A stretch of DNA of 64,000 nt from Syncephalis fuscata S228. Taxonomy: Eukaryota; Fungi; Zoopagomycota. Numbering within the stretch: the stretch's first letter is position 1; the number at the start of each line of letters is the position of its first letter. Shown piece after piece: positions 13,600-26,209 of this stretch. The stretch is taken from NCBI GenBank assembly GCA_025786725.1, contig JAHLTZ010000008.1, positions 310,001 to 374,000 of the forward strand, in the 5' to 3' direction. Position numbers and translations under genes: made by a program. Under the pieces are notes generated by a model. That model saw only the letters and a program-made list of their open reading frames with translations, did no database searches and was not told the origin of the DNA.

Positions 13600-15264
13600 G
13601 ATAGTAAAACAAAAAACGATGGAGCCAAGCTATCTTGTGCTAGTTATTTAGTTGTGTCAAAATGCTATTTAGTATTAGTACCCAAACAGAAAATAAAGGT
13701 TTCACGGCCTACAAAAGAGTACCGCTAGCAGCTAGTAAAGCTTAAACAACACACAGCAATAGTTCAATCAGATAAATGCAAAGTAAAACAAGAGGCGCAA
13801 GTCTAGTCGCTGTGGTTGCGCACAGGTACATAAGTTGACTAGCAATGAGTCTACTACATGCCTATAGTCTGCTAAATGTATAGTGTGGCTGCTGGTTACA
13901 CACACTCTGTTCCAACATTTACCTGCAATCTAGAACCGATAGTAAAAAGAGTAGCAAAAAGAGTGTAGCAACGAGTGAATATGGCTCTTGGTGCCGCTGC
14001 TATGTTATAGTGTTATCGTAGCAGCGATGCCCAACCAACTAGATAAGAGCGACCGGTTTAGAGAAAGACAACAGCGTCTGTATCCAAGAAAAGTATTTGT
14101 GTAGTTACAAAGGGGTAATTGTAGATACAAAATATGTTTAATTGGTTCCCTTTTTGTTAATTTCTACGGTAATGTGTATAGACTGCTCTGCGGATAATCG
14201 CAGAACTCCGCGTTTTGTGATTTATAGCTATAATTGACGCATTAGTATGGTTGTTCACCCATACTTTCTAAATAATAAAGAAATCTTGTCTATTTGGGGT
14301 AGGTAATAAAGGTATGTACCATAGTGGTACTTGTCTTGGTTTATCCATCGATATGGAAAATCGGTGGATCGACTAGATTGTCTATTCTATGGATACCGCC
14401 GCGGCATACCGTAGACGCTATTTACAACCATGCAGCTCTCCCCCCCCACCGCCCCTTCAATTAATAGTGATTCAGTAGTACTGCGCAACAATGAATATAC
14501 TCTATCGCTCTATTATATCTACTTACTCAGGCGTACCAATGATAATGATTAATTAAAACGATAACGCACCGAAACAAATAAGAAAAGGCTATAGACGGAT
14601 ATGAACAACTGGTGCCAGTCGATAGATTCATATATACTTTTATATGCGGTAAAAGAATACATCTGATGCAATTGTAAACCGGAATCAACACGCTTTAATC
14701 AGATATTCACAGCGATGAATGGTCACCTTGAATGAAGAAAGTATTGCAGATAACGGCATTACTGGAGGTATTACGGCATTCACCGTGCGACAACGTTGCA
14801 TGTTATCTTGTAATTTCTAAATAACACGTACTTTTGAAACGATAGCAGGTGTTACATGTTCCTTGAAATAACCAATACAGGCAAATAGACCCGACTCTGA
14901 TCAATTTTAATACACTTATTGGGTATTAAGATCATGGCTGTATTATTCGGTGATTCAATAGTATTTAGTGTTTATTAGCAAGAAAGCGGTTGAATTAAAT
15001 AACAAAACAATAAACTAAATAGTTATAATTGTAATAATTAATACATAATAATGACACCAATAACATTTAATGCACTTGTAAGTCTTTCTTACATTTTAGG
15101 CATGGGGCGCGACTAAACTTTGCGAGTAGATTTGAAACTACCCAGTTTTAAGCCAAGGACGAAGGTTATTCTCCTTTCCTTGAATTACAACTATTGTCGT
15201 CTCCTATTTGCACACACGCACACGCACACGCACACCTACGTACACGCGCGCGAGTACAAACAAT

Positions 15265-15638
15265 ATGGTCGCCTCGGTCTTCTCCTATACGGCAGGTTAT
15301 GCCACGATCGGTGTTTTGGCACGTTTAATGCAATTGGGCATTCAGAAACGCCCGCTTAGTTCCGGTAAGTATGGCGGCCTCTACACCTAGGCACCGGGCA
15401 TAGATCAAACCCCTAGATGAAAGCGATCAATTACTAATAAGTGCGGGATCGATTAGATCCGCTATGGTATTTGGTAAGCGGTGCGACTTTTGGCACGGTT
15501 GGCTACTGGCTGGCCGGTGTCGATGAACGTAATACCGCGTTATTACAAGAAAGAAAACGAATTCTACTTGAGAATCGGGCTCGTGCTGAAGCTATCTACG
15601 CGCGCCGTCAAGAACAGCAACAACATCAACAACAGTAG
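15265..15638 (+). CDS. Complex I accessory subunit NDUFC2/B14.5b-like
   Basis: GVLARLMQLGIQKRP...FGTVGYWLAGVDER...LQERKRILLENR matches the fungal small complex I subunit. One intron, 15365-15456. Confidence 0.8.
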
Positions 15639-15818
15639 AAATAACACGTATCAATTCTACTCTAACTATAGGCCATTCGTGTTGTATAAGGAACTATCTA
15701 CTCTGGCTAATCGATCGAATGCTTGGTTGTTTACGTCATTAACACTAACTGCAACAACAATAAATTCATAGTAGCAATAAGGAATGTCAAGTATTTACAT
15801 GTTAATATATTTAATTTA

Positions 15819-16502
15819 TTATATATCGCGATCAATATTGGCTATTTCTTTAACGCCGCGTAATAGACGCCATTCTGCAACCGATGGATCTAGTAGATCA
15901 GCAAGATAGTCAGGTGGATTTAGATTCAATTTAATGGCTCGTTGCCATCGTTGAATGCGACTAATACCAATACACGGTCCATATTCAAGACTAAGATCAA
16001 ATTGACGTAATAATCGTTCTGCATTCGATACCCCTTCATTAATTACTAGTTATTCATTCATTAGATATGAATACATAATAGTACCACGTACTTGTCACTT
16101 ACTTAACGTCTTCTCTATATCAGTTGGCCATGCATCAGTTACTAATTGATCAAGTTGAGCGATATCCTGATTTGTTAATCGGTGTATTGACGGTTTTTTA
16201 ACTGTAATAATACAATTGAGGCTACTTGTCTGTTCTACTTCATTATTAATACTCGGCTTGATCTTTTCTTCTCCAGTTGATGTTGCAGCCTTCTTTCCTA
16301 GCTTATTTGGCAGTGTAGAACGAAAGTAGTCGCGGCCGATATGTGTCTGCGTTTTATCATTCTCGTTCTTTGCTGCTCTTTGTGTAGTAGCACTTTTTCT
16401 TCCTCTAGTGGTGTGGGTAGTTGACCGACTTCTGCTTCCTCTATGTTTGACGACACCTCGTCTAGACTGTGTTGTCCGTGTGCCAGTTTGTTTCGGTGAC
16501 AT
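15819..16502 (-). CDS. POLD4: DNA polymerase delta subunit 4 (p12/Cdm1)
   Basis: C-terminal exon LRQFDLSLEYGPCIGISRIQRWQRAIKLNLNPP. Confidence 0.9.
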
Positions 16503-16720
16503 AATGACAATGGAATGACAGTTAGAAATATTGTTTTCTACAAGAATGGACTGTTGAAACTATATTTATTGTATTGTCGTTTACTCGTGTGGTGTGTGTG
16601 TGTATGACTCAACTGTAATAAAATGGTTTCATTGGTTTATTCTAGAGTATGTCCATGTATAGGATATGCATAGTGGTCATTATAGATATTATTGAACCGC
16701 ATGGTTTATTACAATGTATA

Positions 16721-17822
16721 TTAAAGATTACGTGAACTCTTTTCTGCTTCTACTTCTTCATTTGTGGTATGACTGGTTGTATTACCTCGTTTTAATTCAG
16801 TGTCAATGGCCATGAAAATATCCGAGTTCAATCGATCGCTTCTTATATGATGATAGTTAATATTAGACAACAATTCAATCCCGTTAATATTAATGTCATT
16901 TTGTAATTCTTTAACAATAGTATTTAACTCTGTTAACTCGCGTTCATAGCGTGTCTGAATATAATCTACATTGGGCCATGTTGATTTGCGCATGACCTCC
17001 ATTGCATGAAGATAACAGGCTAATGACAGTTGACAAAGAGCTATTCTTTCATCTTTTGCCGCAAGTCTATCGTCGTCTATTGCACTAATGTCTGCCTTAG
17101 ATAGACCAGATAGACATGCACCCATATGCCGCCATGCTGTATAGTCTTGTGCCCGCATAGTTAGAAAGCGTAGATAGACTTTAATCGCATCTACAATACT
17201 AGGATAAGTTTAAAGAATTCATTAACAAATTGATTCATTGTTACCTGAGTACTGTCCAACAAACTGGCACGCTTTACCGACCATCAGCAGTACACCAGGA
17301 TCGTTGGAAGTAGAGGCGGACTAAATAAAGATAAATGAAATGTCTATTAAATACGCTTCTTCTACTTACTAATCGATCAATACATGTAGAAACAGTAGCA
17401 CGATCATTAATACGCATGGCCGCTCTACATACAATCTCTACCATTTCTCGTAGACTTGAAGATGTAACACGTACTTCCTTGGCTGAAAGCTGTTTGTCAA
17501 ACACAGCAAGTACTTGTTGTCCCAATGCTACCACTTGATCATATTGTCGTCGATAATAAAGACATTCGATGGTGCTCTTTACATGGTTGGGTCCATGTTT
17601 CTCTTTAACAGCGGATATAAATGCCGTATTATCCTCCAGTAACAACAAAAGCCACTAGCATGCCCATTAATGATATGTATCACGCTATTCTACGTATCTA
17701 CTTACACCTACTGTATCCTGTTTAGGCGTATATTCCGGTAATGGACCCAGGATGGCAGGCTCCTTCTTTATAGATTCATCGGCCAGTGCCTCGACGTCCA
17801 AATCACCAAACGGTAATTCCAT
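16721..17822 (-). CDS. TPR-like helical hypothetical protein
   Basis: 4 exons join in frame. TPR-like segments CLYYRRQYDQVV and AIKVYLRFLTMRAQDYTAWRHMG. Confidence 0.65.
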
Positions 17823-17888
17823 ATTGAATAAGAACAGTGTTTTTCTTTTTTTCTCAATTGAATTCAGCGTTTCATTTTCATAAGCACA
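17823..17888. promoter_or_regulatory. Very short head-to-head intergenic region (putative bidirectional promoter)
   Basis: 66 bp between the divergent ATGs of the TPR-like gene and TRM11, containing a T-rich tract. Confidence 0.55.
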
Positions 17889-19917
17889 ATGCCGCGTTAC
17901 TTGGTTCAATTTGCTCAAACCCACGACCAATTCCGTTTACCGGAATTAGATTCACTTGCTCGACTCTACAACGTTACATTTTCGTTTGATAAAAGCACTT
18001 ATACCGATGATGCAAGTGGTTTTAACAGGCTTGCCACATACTATTAACACAGCCATTTAGAATCCATTTTTAATAGTAGAACTGGAGAATGACGAGCAAG
18101 CAAAGAAGCTTATTGAACGAGCAATACTAGCCAAGTAATATATACGAGATATAAGATATATAAAGTGAGATAATTTATTTGTTTTATTAGAGCTATCTAT
18201 GAGTTATGGGCAGTGCAAGATAATTATGACGCTTTACATGAAGAAATAAAATTGCATCCAGAACGATGGGTAATGGCCAATATTAACGATTAATTAATTA
18301 GCTAATTGCTATTTGTATATTTGTAATATAGCCAGATTATAAGACAACATCATTTAAGTTTAGTGTGGTGGTATTTGGCGGTACTCTACCGCAAAAAAAG
18401 CAACTGGAAATTATAGACAGTTTTTCCTATTTACCATTTACAGGCAAGATTGCATTGAACAAGGTAGTTATAACAGCTATTAGTATTATGAGTACAGTTC
18501 AACTACTAATATGAAGGATAAATAGCCGGATGTTGAGTTTGTAGTGGTAGAGGATTATGGTTTAGATTTTACGCGAAATGAGTTACCAGAGAATCCCCAT
18601 AAATTGTATATGGGTCGATTGGCAAGTATTAATGATATTTGGTGGGTAATTGCTAATTGGCATCGTTAGGTGGCATCTAGTAATCGAGATATTGTTAATC
18701 GATTTGACTTGAAAAAACGTCGCTATTTAAGTAATACTAGTATGGATGCCGAGTTATCTTTAGTTATGGCCAATCAAGCATTGGTAATTACTATTGATCA
18801 ATTAGATAAAATAGATGACATTAATAGACAAATTGTCGACAATTAATGTTATATAGACAGCACCGGGTAAATTGGTATATGATCCATTTGTAGGATCTGG
18901 TAAGTAATTTTGTATATTTAAATAGCCAATATCAATAGTATTTATTATTTTATTTATTATTTTTATTTTTATCAGGCAGTTTTCTTTATACGTGTGGTCA
19001 TTTTGGCGCATATACTATGGGATCAGATATTGATGGTCGGCAATTCCGTGGTAAAGGTAGCTTTTATTAATATAATTTTATATAATTGAATGAATAACAA
19101 TACAATAGATGGCAAGGGCGTACAAGAGAATATCGATCAGTATGGATTGCAAGGACAAATATTTGACATATTAACGTTTGATGTAACACACCATCCATGG
19201 CGACAAGTACCATTGTTTGATGCCATTGTTACGGGTAAGTCGGTATTTATTTGTATTTACTAGGCTAATAATTATAATATATATGTATTTATAGATCGTA
19301 TGTATCTAATAGACTATACACTCAATAATGCTAACTATAGTATTATTGATAGCTCCTTATGGTGTTCGTGCAGGTGCTAAACAATTGGGTCGTAAAAATG
19401 GTGTAACCAAACCAGTTCGTTATATTGATGGACAACCGGCACATTTGTAAGTAATTAGCTAGTATAAACACCAATAATTGTCATCATCGCTAACATTGTT
19501 AATTTAGCCAAGAGGATCATTATCCACCCACTCGTCCGTATGAAATGGATGATGTAGTAAAAGATTTACATGAATTTGCTGCTCGGTATTTGGTATTAGG
19601 TGGCCGTCTAGTCTATTGGCTACCCACTATTACAGATGAGTAAGTAATAGAGTGTGCACACCATGGGTAGAAATAACCACATTTATAATATCCATAATAA
19701 TAGATACGAACCAAAGGATATTCCTCAGCATCCCTGTCTTACACTAGTTGCCAACAGCGAGCAATCGTTTGGTGTTTGGAGTCGACGACTTATTACGCTA
19801 GAAAAGACCGAGCATCATCAGCTAACGAGTAATACGGCCGATTCATCGGAGGATCATACGCCAGCTCATGCCAAGTTCCGTAAACGTTATTTCCAGCCTA
19901 ATACAAGCAATACATAA
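17889..19917 (+). CDS. TRM11: tRNA (guanine-10-N2)-methyltransferase
   Basis: MPRYLVQFAQTHDQFRLPEL, FDLKKRRYLSNTSMDAELSLVMANQA, YDPFVGSGS, GSDIDGR, FDAIVTDPPYGVRAG, GGRLVYWLP, WSRRLIT. About 12 introns including two GC-AG and a 3-nt exon. Confidence 0.95.
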
Positions 19918-20080
19918 CTATAAATCTACCTTTATTAATAAATGATAAATGTATCACAAATCAAATCTTGTTCGATGCAAGTAGAGCGATAAGTAGAATA
20001 ATAAGAGCGTGGTAGAAAAAGCGTTTATATTACAACTAGTTAGCTACCTGTTGTTGGCAATAATAAAATAGTATTAAGCA

Positions 20081-20111
<31 letters not shown>

Positions 20112-20490
20112 GAATAAGTGTTAAAAGTGTAATATCAGAGAAATAAAAACAAATCTATTGGTTAATGAATAAAAATACAAGTAATTGGGAAAACCAATAA
20201 AAGTGAAATGAGTTAGTAAATAAAATAAACAGCGTGGCTATACTCGTAGCAGTCAAAGTAAACAAGCATAAATTAAAGCTCAATTCAATACAAGTGTGTA
20301 GCGAAGGCTTGTTAAAAAAGAAAAGAAAAATAAAGAAACATCTAGAAACATCTGGATCCATAAGCAATGCTACATTAACTATGACGCTGTCATGATTAAT
20401 TTGATGTTTTATATTTTGTTCATTTATTGTTTTTATCTTTATCGTTCACTTTACGGTTATTAGTACGTAGTGATACACACTTTTTACAAG

Positions 20491-21358
20491 ATGTTCGGTT
20501 GTCTAGCTGCGGGTCGCTTGGTAAGTAAACAACTTATTACATCAAACAGTGGATTAATGAGTCGATTACTAGGTACAAGCAACGCCACAACAGGTAGACG
20601 TCAATCGATTTGTTTTTAATTAACGGATGCAGCGCGGGTCAATCATCTTGTGGTATTTCTTACGGGTGCAATACCATTCGAGGAGGGCTATGGCGCATCG
20701 GTTCATTTATTGTGGCCTGGTGCAGACTGGCAATTGCTAGGCATGTAAGCTACCGTGAATAATTATAAACTATTTTTAAAAAAACTAATAATCATTGTAT
20801 CCATACTCTGATATACCACTGCATCCTCCATTTAGGCTATGTAACGAAAAGCCAAGTGCTATTTTCCGTCTACGTGATTTGACTAATCTACAGACGCCGG
20901 CTGCCACATCGGAGGCGGTCACGGCAATGATTGGATTGTCGGTCGAGCCGTTATCGATTATTCAACAACAACTGGAAAACTCGCTACCTCCCACGATGCC
21001 ATCGCTATCGTCTCAGCAGTTTTCATCGATGAGTGGACAGGCCAACAGTAGTGTTGGTGCTCTCGTGCCGGCAAGTGCTACAGCTGGACAAGTACCGCTT
21101 GAACGAGTAACAGCGATTGGTCGGCGCTTGCTGAACTTTCTCCACAACTATGTTACTTCCTATGCCAAACCATTGCCTAAAAATGAACCTGGTATGGTTC
21201 AACTACCAAACACAACGGTAGGAATGGCCACGGACGCTAATAATGGAGCACAGGTGTCTGAAGGAATGTATATTCACGTCAAGGTATTTGAAGACTGGTG
21301 GCGAACAACCGAACGACGACTTCGTACCGATCCTGGCTTTTTAACCCGCGACGAGTAA
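20491..21358 (+). CDS. OPI10: Opi10/Hikeshi (DUF775) Hsp70 nuclear import carrier
   Basis: MFGCLAAGRL|VQ, NHLVVFLTG, WQLLGM|LCNEKPSAIFRL, IGLSVEP, FEDWW...RLRTDPGFL. Apparent 1-nt deletion near 20620. Confidence 0.9.
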
Positions 21359-21728
21359 ATACCAGTTTATATTAATAATATTTTACATACGAATAAAGTT
21401 ATATTGTAGCAATGCGAATTAGTTAATCACTGCTATGCTCTAAATACTGACAGCTATAGCACGGTATACCTAGTAATATTACTAATTTTGATATTAGTAA
21501 GTTGACGTAAACACACATATGCAACATGTCTCTGGCCAATATAAATATTGTATTAATGTAATTTATTGAAAATAATAATCTGTACTAGTAGATCCCTGAC
21601 CTAATCTATATCATTAAGATATTATTATAACCAACGATTAGTTGAAGTTTAAGTTCATAAATTATTGCAAATAACTACTCAAATAATATATTTATTCCTA
21701 TAAAAATCACCGCAAATAATGACTAGTA

Positions 21729-22314
21729 TTAATAGCGTGGTAGTGTGGCAGGTGCCGGGACTTTTGTGAAAAACTGGGTTTCTTCACTTCCATTGCATTC
21801 AAGATTAATTGCATGACCTTCAAAGGTTGCAGTCTTATCACGAACAAAGCAGGAATAATGACCGTTGTTTTGGTCATCGCTAATTTTGGAAACAATCTTC
21901 CAATTATTTCTGTATAAGCAATAAAATAAGTCTATGAAACAATATATATACATCTGGTTACACTTACGCTGGATACTCATCCTTGTGGAGATAACGCCAA
22001 AGATGTCTGCTGTCAGTTTGGTTGCAGGTTTCCATTGTCATAGGCCGGCCCTGAGCCATACATTGTCCAGTTTGAATGTTTTTAATTGTTATATAGTCGC
22101 CAACCGGTGTATCTTGCCAAAGAACATCAAAATCGAGCGGATCATCAAATGCACAGTCCTTAAACCACGCACCATTGTTGAATAATATACGCATGCACTC
22201 GGTATCTTTCCAGATAAGACGATAGGTGTTTACACCCGGGTAACCATCCGGGTCAGCCGCCACAGCGAAGACAAGCGCTAACGCCATACCAGCAGCGAGC
22301 AGAGTTGACTTCAT
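21729..22314 (-). CDS. Secreted ricin-B-like beta-trefoil protein, copy 1
   Basis: Signal peptide MKSTLLAAGMALALVFAVAA. Three subdomains, each with a Cys pair (IKNIQTGQCM...TCNQTDSRHLW). Intron 21910-21967. Ends LPRY. Confidence 0.8.
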
Positions 22315-23243
22315 AATGGCTGTAGGATAAGTAGAGATATAGATTTTAAAGTGGGCGTAGTAGAATAGAGCATAGAATAATGACTTATGGGTAGCACCAG
22401 GCTGTAAGATAAAAGAAGAAGTAACAAAGATAGCAGCCTGCCAGATTACGGCTGGTTTTAAATGCCTTCTATCTTTAAAGAGACTGCTGCATTTTTAATT
22501 TCAAACTACGATTAAACAATGCCTAAAGCTTTAAATTGATTACTATTTTGGCTGCTTTAAATAGTTAAAAACTCAGATATCTATTTATTACCAAATGCCG
22601 CCAATTTATTGCCATAAATAGATACAATAATCAAATAAATAAAAACAATTTACAGTTGAATGAGAAAATCGTTTATTATGCATAGCCAAATGAGAATGCT
22701 AAGACAGTTGAATGTTGAGACAAAAATTATGGCATGTTTAAATATAGCCATTATAAAGCAATGTGCAATTATAGATGTGTGCTTTATCTGCTCAAATCAG
22801 CCGTAATCTAAAATAATTATGTTATCTGATTAGAATATACTGCAGTATTGCAAACTATCGACAACTTAATACCATATTAGACTAATAACATAGACATTTC
22901 AACATTATAATAAAATTTAAAAAATAAGATTACTGTGTAATAAAACATATTTGTTATTGATAGCTATAGTTTATTACATGCACTATTTGCTAATAAAATC
23001 ATCGCTAAGCATTTACTCTAATATTAAGTGTGTGCTCAACTTGTACTATTCTGCTCTGTGTTTCTGTTTATGCCAGAGATAGAGCCGCAAACTAGATGTG
23101 TGTAATATCATTTCTTAAAAGCCAAAGCATTATAATAAAGTGTATGAAAATCAAATTATTTTTAAATTGGTAAATTACTACAAATAGCTATCGAAACAAT
23201 ATATTTATTTCCAAAAAACTATAACTGCTAATAAACATTAATG

Positions 23244-23829
23244 TTAATAGCGTGGTAGTGTGGCAGGTGCAGGGACTTTTTTGAAAAACTGGGTTTCTTC
23301 ACTTCCATTACATTCAAGGTTGATTGCATGACCTTCAAAAATTACGGTCTTATCACGAACAAAGCAAGTATATCTGCCGTTATTGTTGTCGTCACTTGCT
23401 TTGGATATGGCTTTTAATGCGTCTCTGTACAAACAATAAAATAAGCTTATGAAACAATATATATACATTTGGTTACACTTACGCTGGATACTCATCCTTG
23501 TGGAGATAACGCCAAAGGTGTTTACTGTCATCTTGATTGCAGTTTTCCATCTTCATAGGCCGGCCTTCGACGATACATTGTCCAGTTTGGGCATTTTTAA
23601 TCATTACATAGCCTCCAACTGGCACATCTTGCCAAAGAACGTCAAAGTCGAGTGGATCATCAAATTCACAACCTCTGAACCATGGATCGTTACCATTTAG
23701 TATACGCATGCACTCGGTATCTTTCCAGGTGAGACGATAGGTGTTTACGCCCGGGTAACCTTCTGGATCAGCCGTCACAGCAAAAGCGAGCGTTAGCGCC
23801 ATACCAGCAGCGAATAGAGTTGACTTCAT
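23244..23829 (-). CDS. Secreted ricin-B-like beta-trefoil protein, copy 2
   Basis: Close paralog of copy 1 with the same 58-nt intron (23425-23482). IKNAQTGQCI...NCNQDDSKHLW. Ends LPRY. Confidence 0.8.
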
Positions 23830-24838
23830 AGTGGCTGTAGGATAAGTAGAGATATAGATTTTAAAGCGAGTGTAGTAGAGTAGAGGATAATGGTTTATAA
23901 TCAGCACCAGGCTGCAAGATAAAAAGAGGAATTGACGAGGCTAGCATCCTACCAAATTACGACTCATTTAAATATCTCAATCGTTTAAGGAGGTGGTGCT
24001 TTTTAATTTCAAACTGTGATTCAGTAACGTTTCATAATTCAAATCGATGGTTACTTTTAGTTGCTATGAATAATTATAACTGCAGTATTTATTAGTTTTA
24101 AAATAACAGCAAACTATCGCCATGAATAAATTTATTTAATTAAACAAGTACAAATAATGCACAGCAGAATAAAAAATATTATTATCGTATAGCCAAGTGT
24201 AGATGTCAAGAGATTTGAATGTTAAAACAAAAATCATGACATGTTTTAAATATATGAGCTCTTGAATCAATATGTAACAGCAGTGCCCCGTTTTATTTGC
24301 TACCATCGATCAAACTCTGCAACAATTTTATTGTCTAGACAGGATATACTAACGAATTACAGCATCGATAGTTATTCAACATCATGCTGGATCAACGGAA
24401 TGATTGTACCAACATTATGATAAAATGGAAAATAAGACTGCTGCGTAACAAAGCATATTTGTCGTCACTGATTTTGATTTATTATATAAACTAGTGCTGA
24501 ATTAATAATTTTATAAGAAAAGGACACTATCGATTACAACTAAATGACTATTTAGTTTGGCTTTTTGTTTTTATAATGGTATTTTATTGTATAGTAACAT
24601 GTTTAAATTCAACCATTTCGTGTCTATTATACATGTATAGTGTGTATTTTGTTGTTTGCTATTATATTTTTTAATAACAGTGTTTTTATTATTATTATAT
24701 TCGATACCTACTAAGCGTTGCTTATTGCAGCTAAAATGGTACGTATATTACTAAATATTACTAAACTATACCATTAGAGCAATTATGCAAATTGACACTT
24801 GCATAAGCAACAAAGGTTCTATACACCTTGATGACTGA

Positions 24839-25363
24839 TTAATAGCGTGGTAGGGGAGCTGTTTTCATGCGCTTAAAGAATTGATTGCGATCGTTTCTGT
24901 TGCAAGCGAAGGTGACCGAATGGCCAATAAAAAAGATAGTCCTATCATAAGACAAACAACTGTCCAAATTCTTGTTTCGATCGTCACTTGCTTTGGGGAT
25001 CATTTTTTCTTCATCGGCCTCATAGTCATCACCGTGGTAGAATCGCCACAGGTTACTGCCATCCTCACTGCAATCTTTTATGCGTGTGGGACGTCCTTCA
25101 TAGAGACATTTGCCAGTTTGAACGTTCTGGATTTGGGAGTACTCGCCAAACGATATTGCCTTCCAAAGTGAGGCAAAGTCAAGCGGGTCGTCATAAATGC
25201 AAGGTTCATACCATGGGTCATCATTTCCTTTTAGCTTCAAGCATTTATCCCCATGGGCGATACGAAAAGAATCCTGGCCTGGGTAGCCAGTAGGTGGATC
25301 GTCGGCATTTGCGGAAAGCACAGCCACTGTCATGATGGCAACAATAGCTACAACGAATTTCAT
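24839..25363 (-). CDS. Secreted ricin-B-like beta-trefoil protein, copy 3 (no coding intron)
   Basis: Signal peptide, GYPG, DDPLDF, QIQNVQTGKCL, six aligned Cys, ends LPRY. Confidence 0.8.
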   Translation of the reverse strand: MKFVVAIVAIMTVAVLSANADDPPTGYPGQDSFRIAHGDKCLKLKGNDDPWYEPCIYDDPLDFASLWKAISFGEYSQIQNVQTGKCLYEGRPTRIKDCSEDGSNLWRFYHGDDYEADEEKMIPKASDDRNKNLDSCLSYDRTIFFIGHSVTFACNRNDRNQFFKRMKTAPLPRY

Positions 25364-26180
25364 GATAGTTTCACTTGCTATTGTGCTGAGTAATAAAGAA
25401 ATATCGAAAAGTTGTGCGGTTTAATAGCACAGAGATGTGGACGTAATAGGACAAACGTTATATAGAGCACCAGGCTAACAATAAAGTGTTGTGTAGAGAT
25501 GTGGATAAAAATGCTCGTGTGCACATTATTGACCATTAGTTTAAATAGCTGCATAGCTGTTACAGGCCAATTTACTTGTTTCAAAAAGTAGAAACACGTT
25601 ATTGCCCGTGATAAAGCGAGCTGGTAGTACAATGTTTTAATTCCACGCACACACGACTGTTAAATTTGGTAAAAGATGTAATGTTCTTTGGAACATAGCT
25701 ATTTAAATTACTAAATATGTTTATCAGGTTATTCTATTTCTAGCTCATGGCGCTTAAAAACATCCGTCTATTCTATAAACTAATCTATTTTTCTATTTAC
25801 TAATTTACACGGCAGCATGGTTGAATTGCCGACGAAGCCGTGGAAATAGGCGAACACATATAAAACTTTGTGTTATTTCAAGGAACAGCTGCCCCAGTAG
25901 TTACAAGCTCGTCTTTTGGGCGCCGCCTTATTGATCAAATACAGGCGATCAATCTGCAAAATATTAATAGGCTGCAAATTGAATTCCATTGTTTTAAATG
26001 CATTAGATGACATATAGTAAACGAATACGAAAGTCATGTTAATAGACAAGTGTAGACGTGGACATAGATAGCAGGCTAGAAATTGGAAGAAAACGAGAAA
26101 AATGAAAACTGTAGACAAGTGGAGGTGAAACTGGTCAATAATAGTGGTTCGATAACAAAAACATGATCATGTTTAGCGTT

Positions 26181-26209
26181 GTAGTAGTAGTAGTAGTAGT
26201 AGTAGTAGT
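26181..26209. repeat. (GTA)n microsatellite
   Basis: About 9-10 copies. Confidence 0.85.

Larger units (their letters stand above)
21729..24475. repeat. Tandem duplication, period about 1.5 kb (about 21729-22960 vs 23244-24475), including promoter DNA
   Basis: CDS, intron and upstream blocks align (ttttaatttcaaact; gaatgttgagacaaaaattatggcatg vs gaatgttaaaacaaaaatcatgacatg; aataagattactgtgtaa vs aataagactgctgcgtaa). Confidence 0.85.

Noticed and set aside
14857-25888. 16-nt inverted match tgttccttgaaataac between about 14857 and about 25872
   Set aside because: It does not extend on either side, and such a match is expected by chance in 64 kb of AT-rich DNA.
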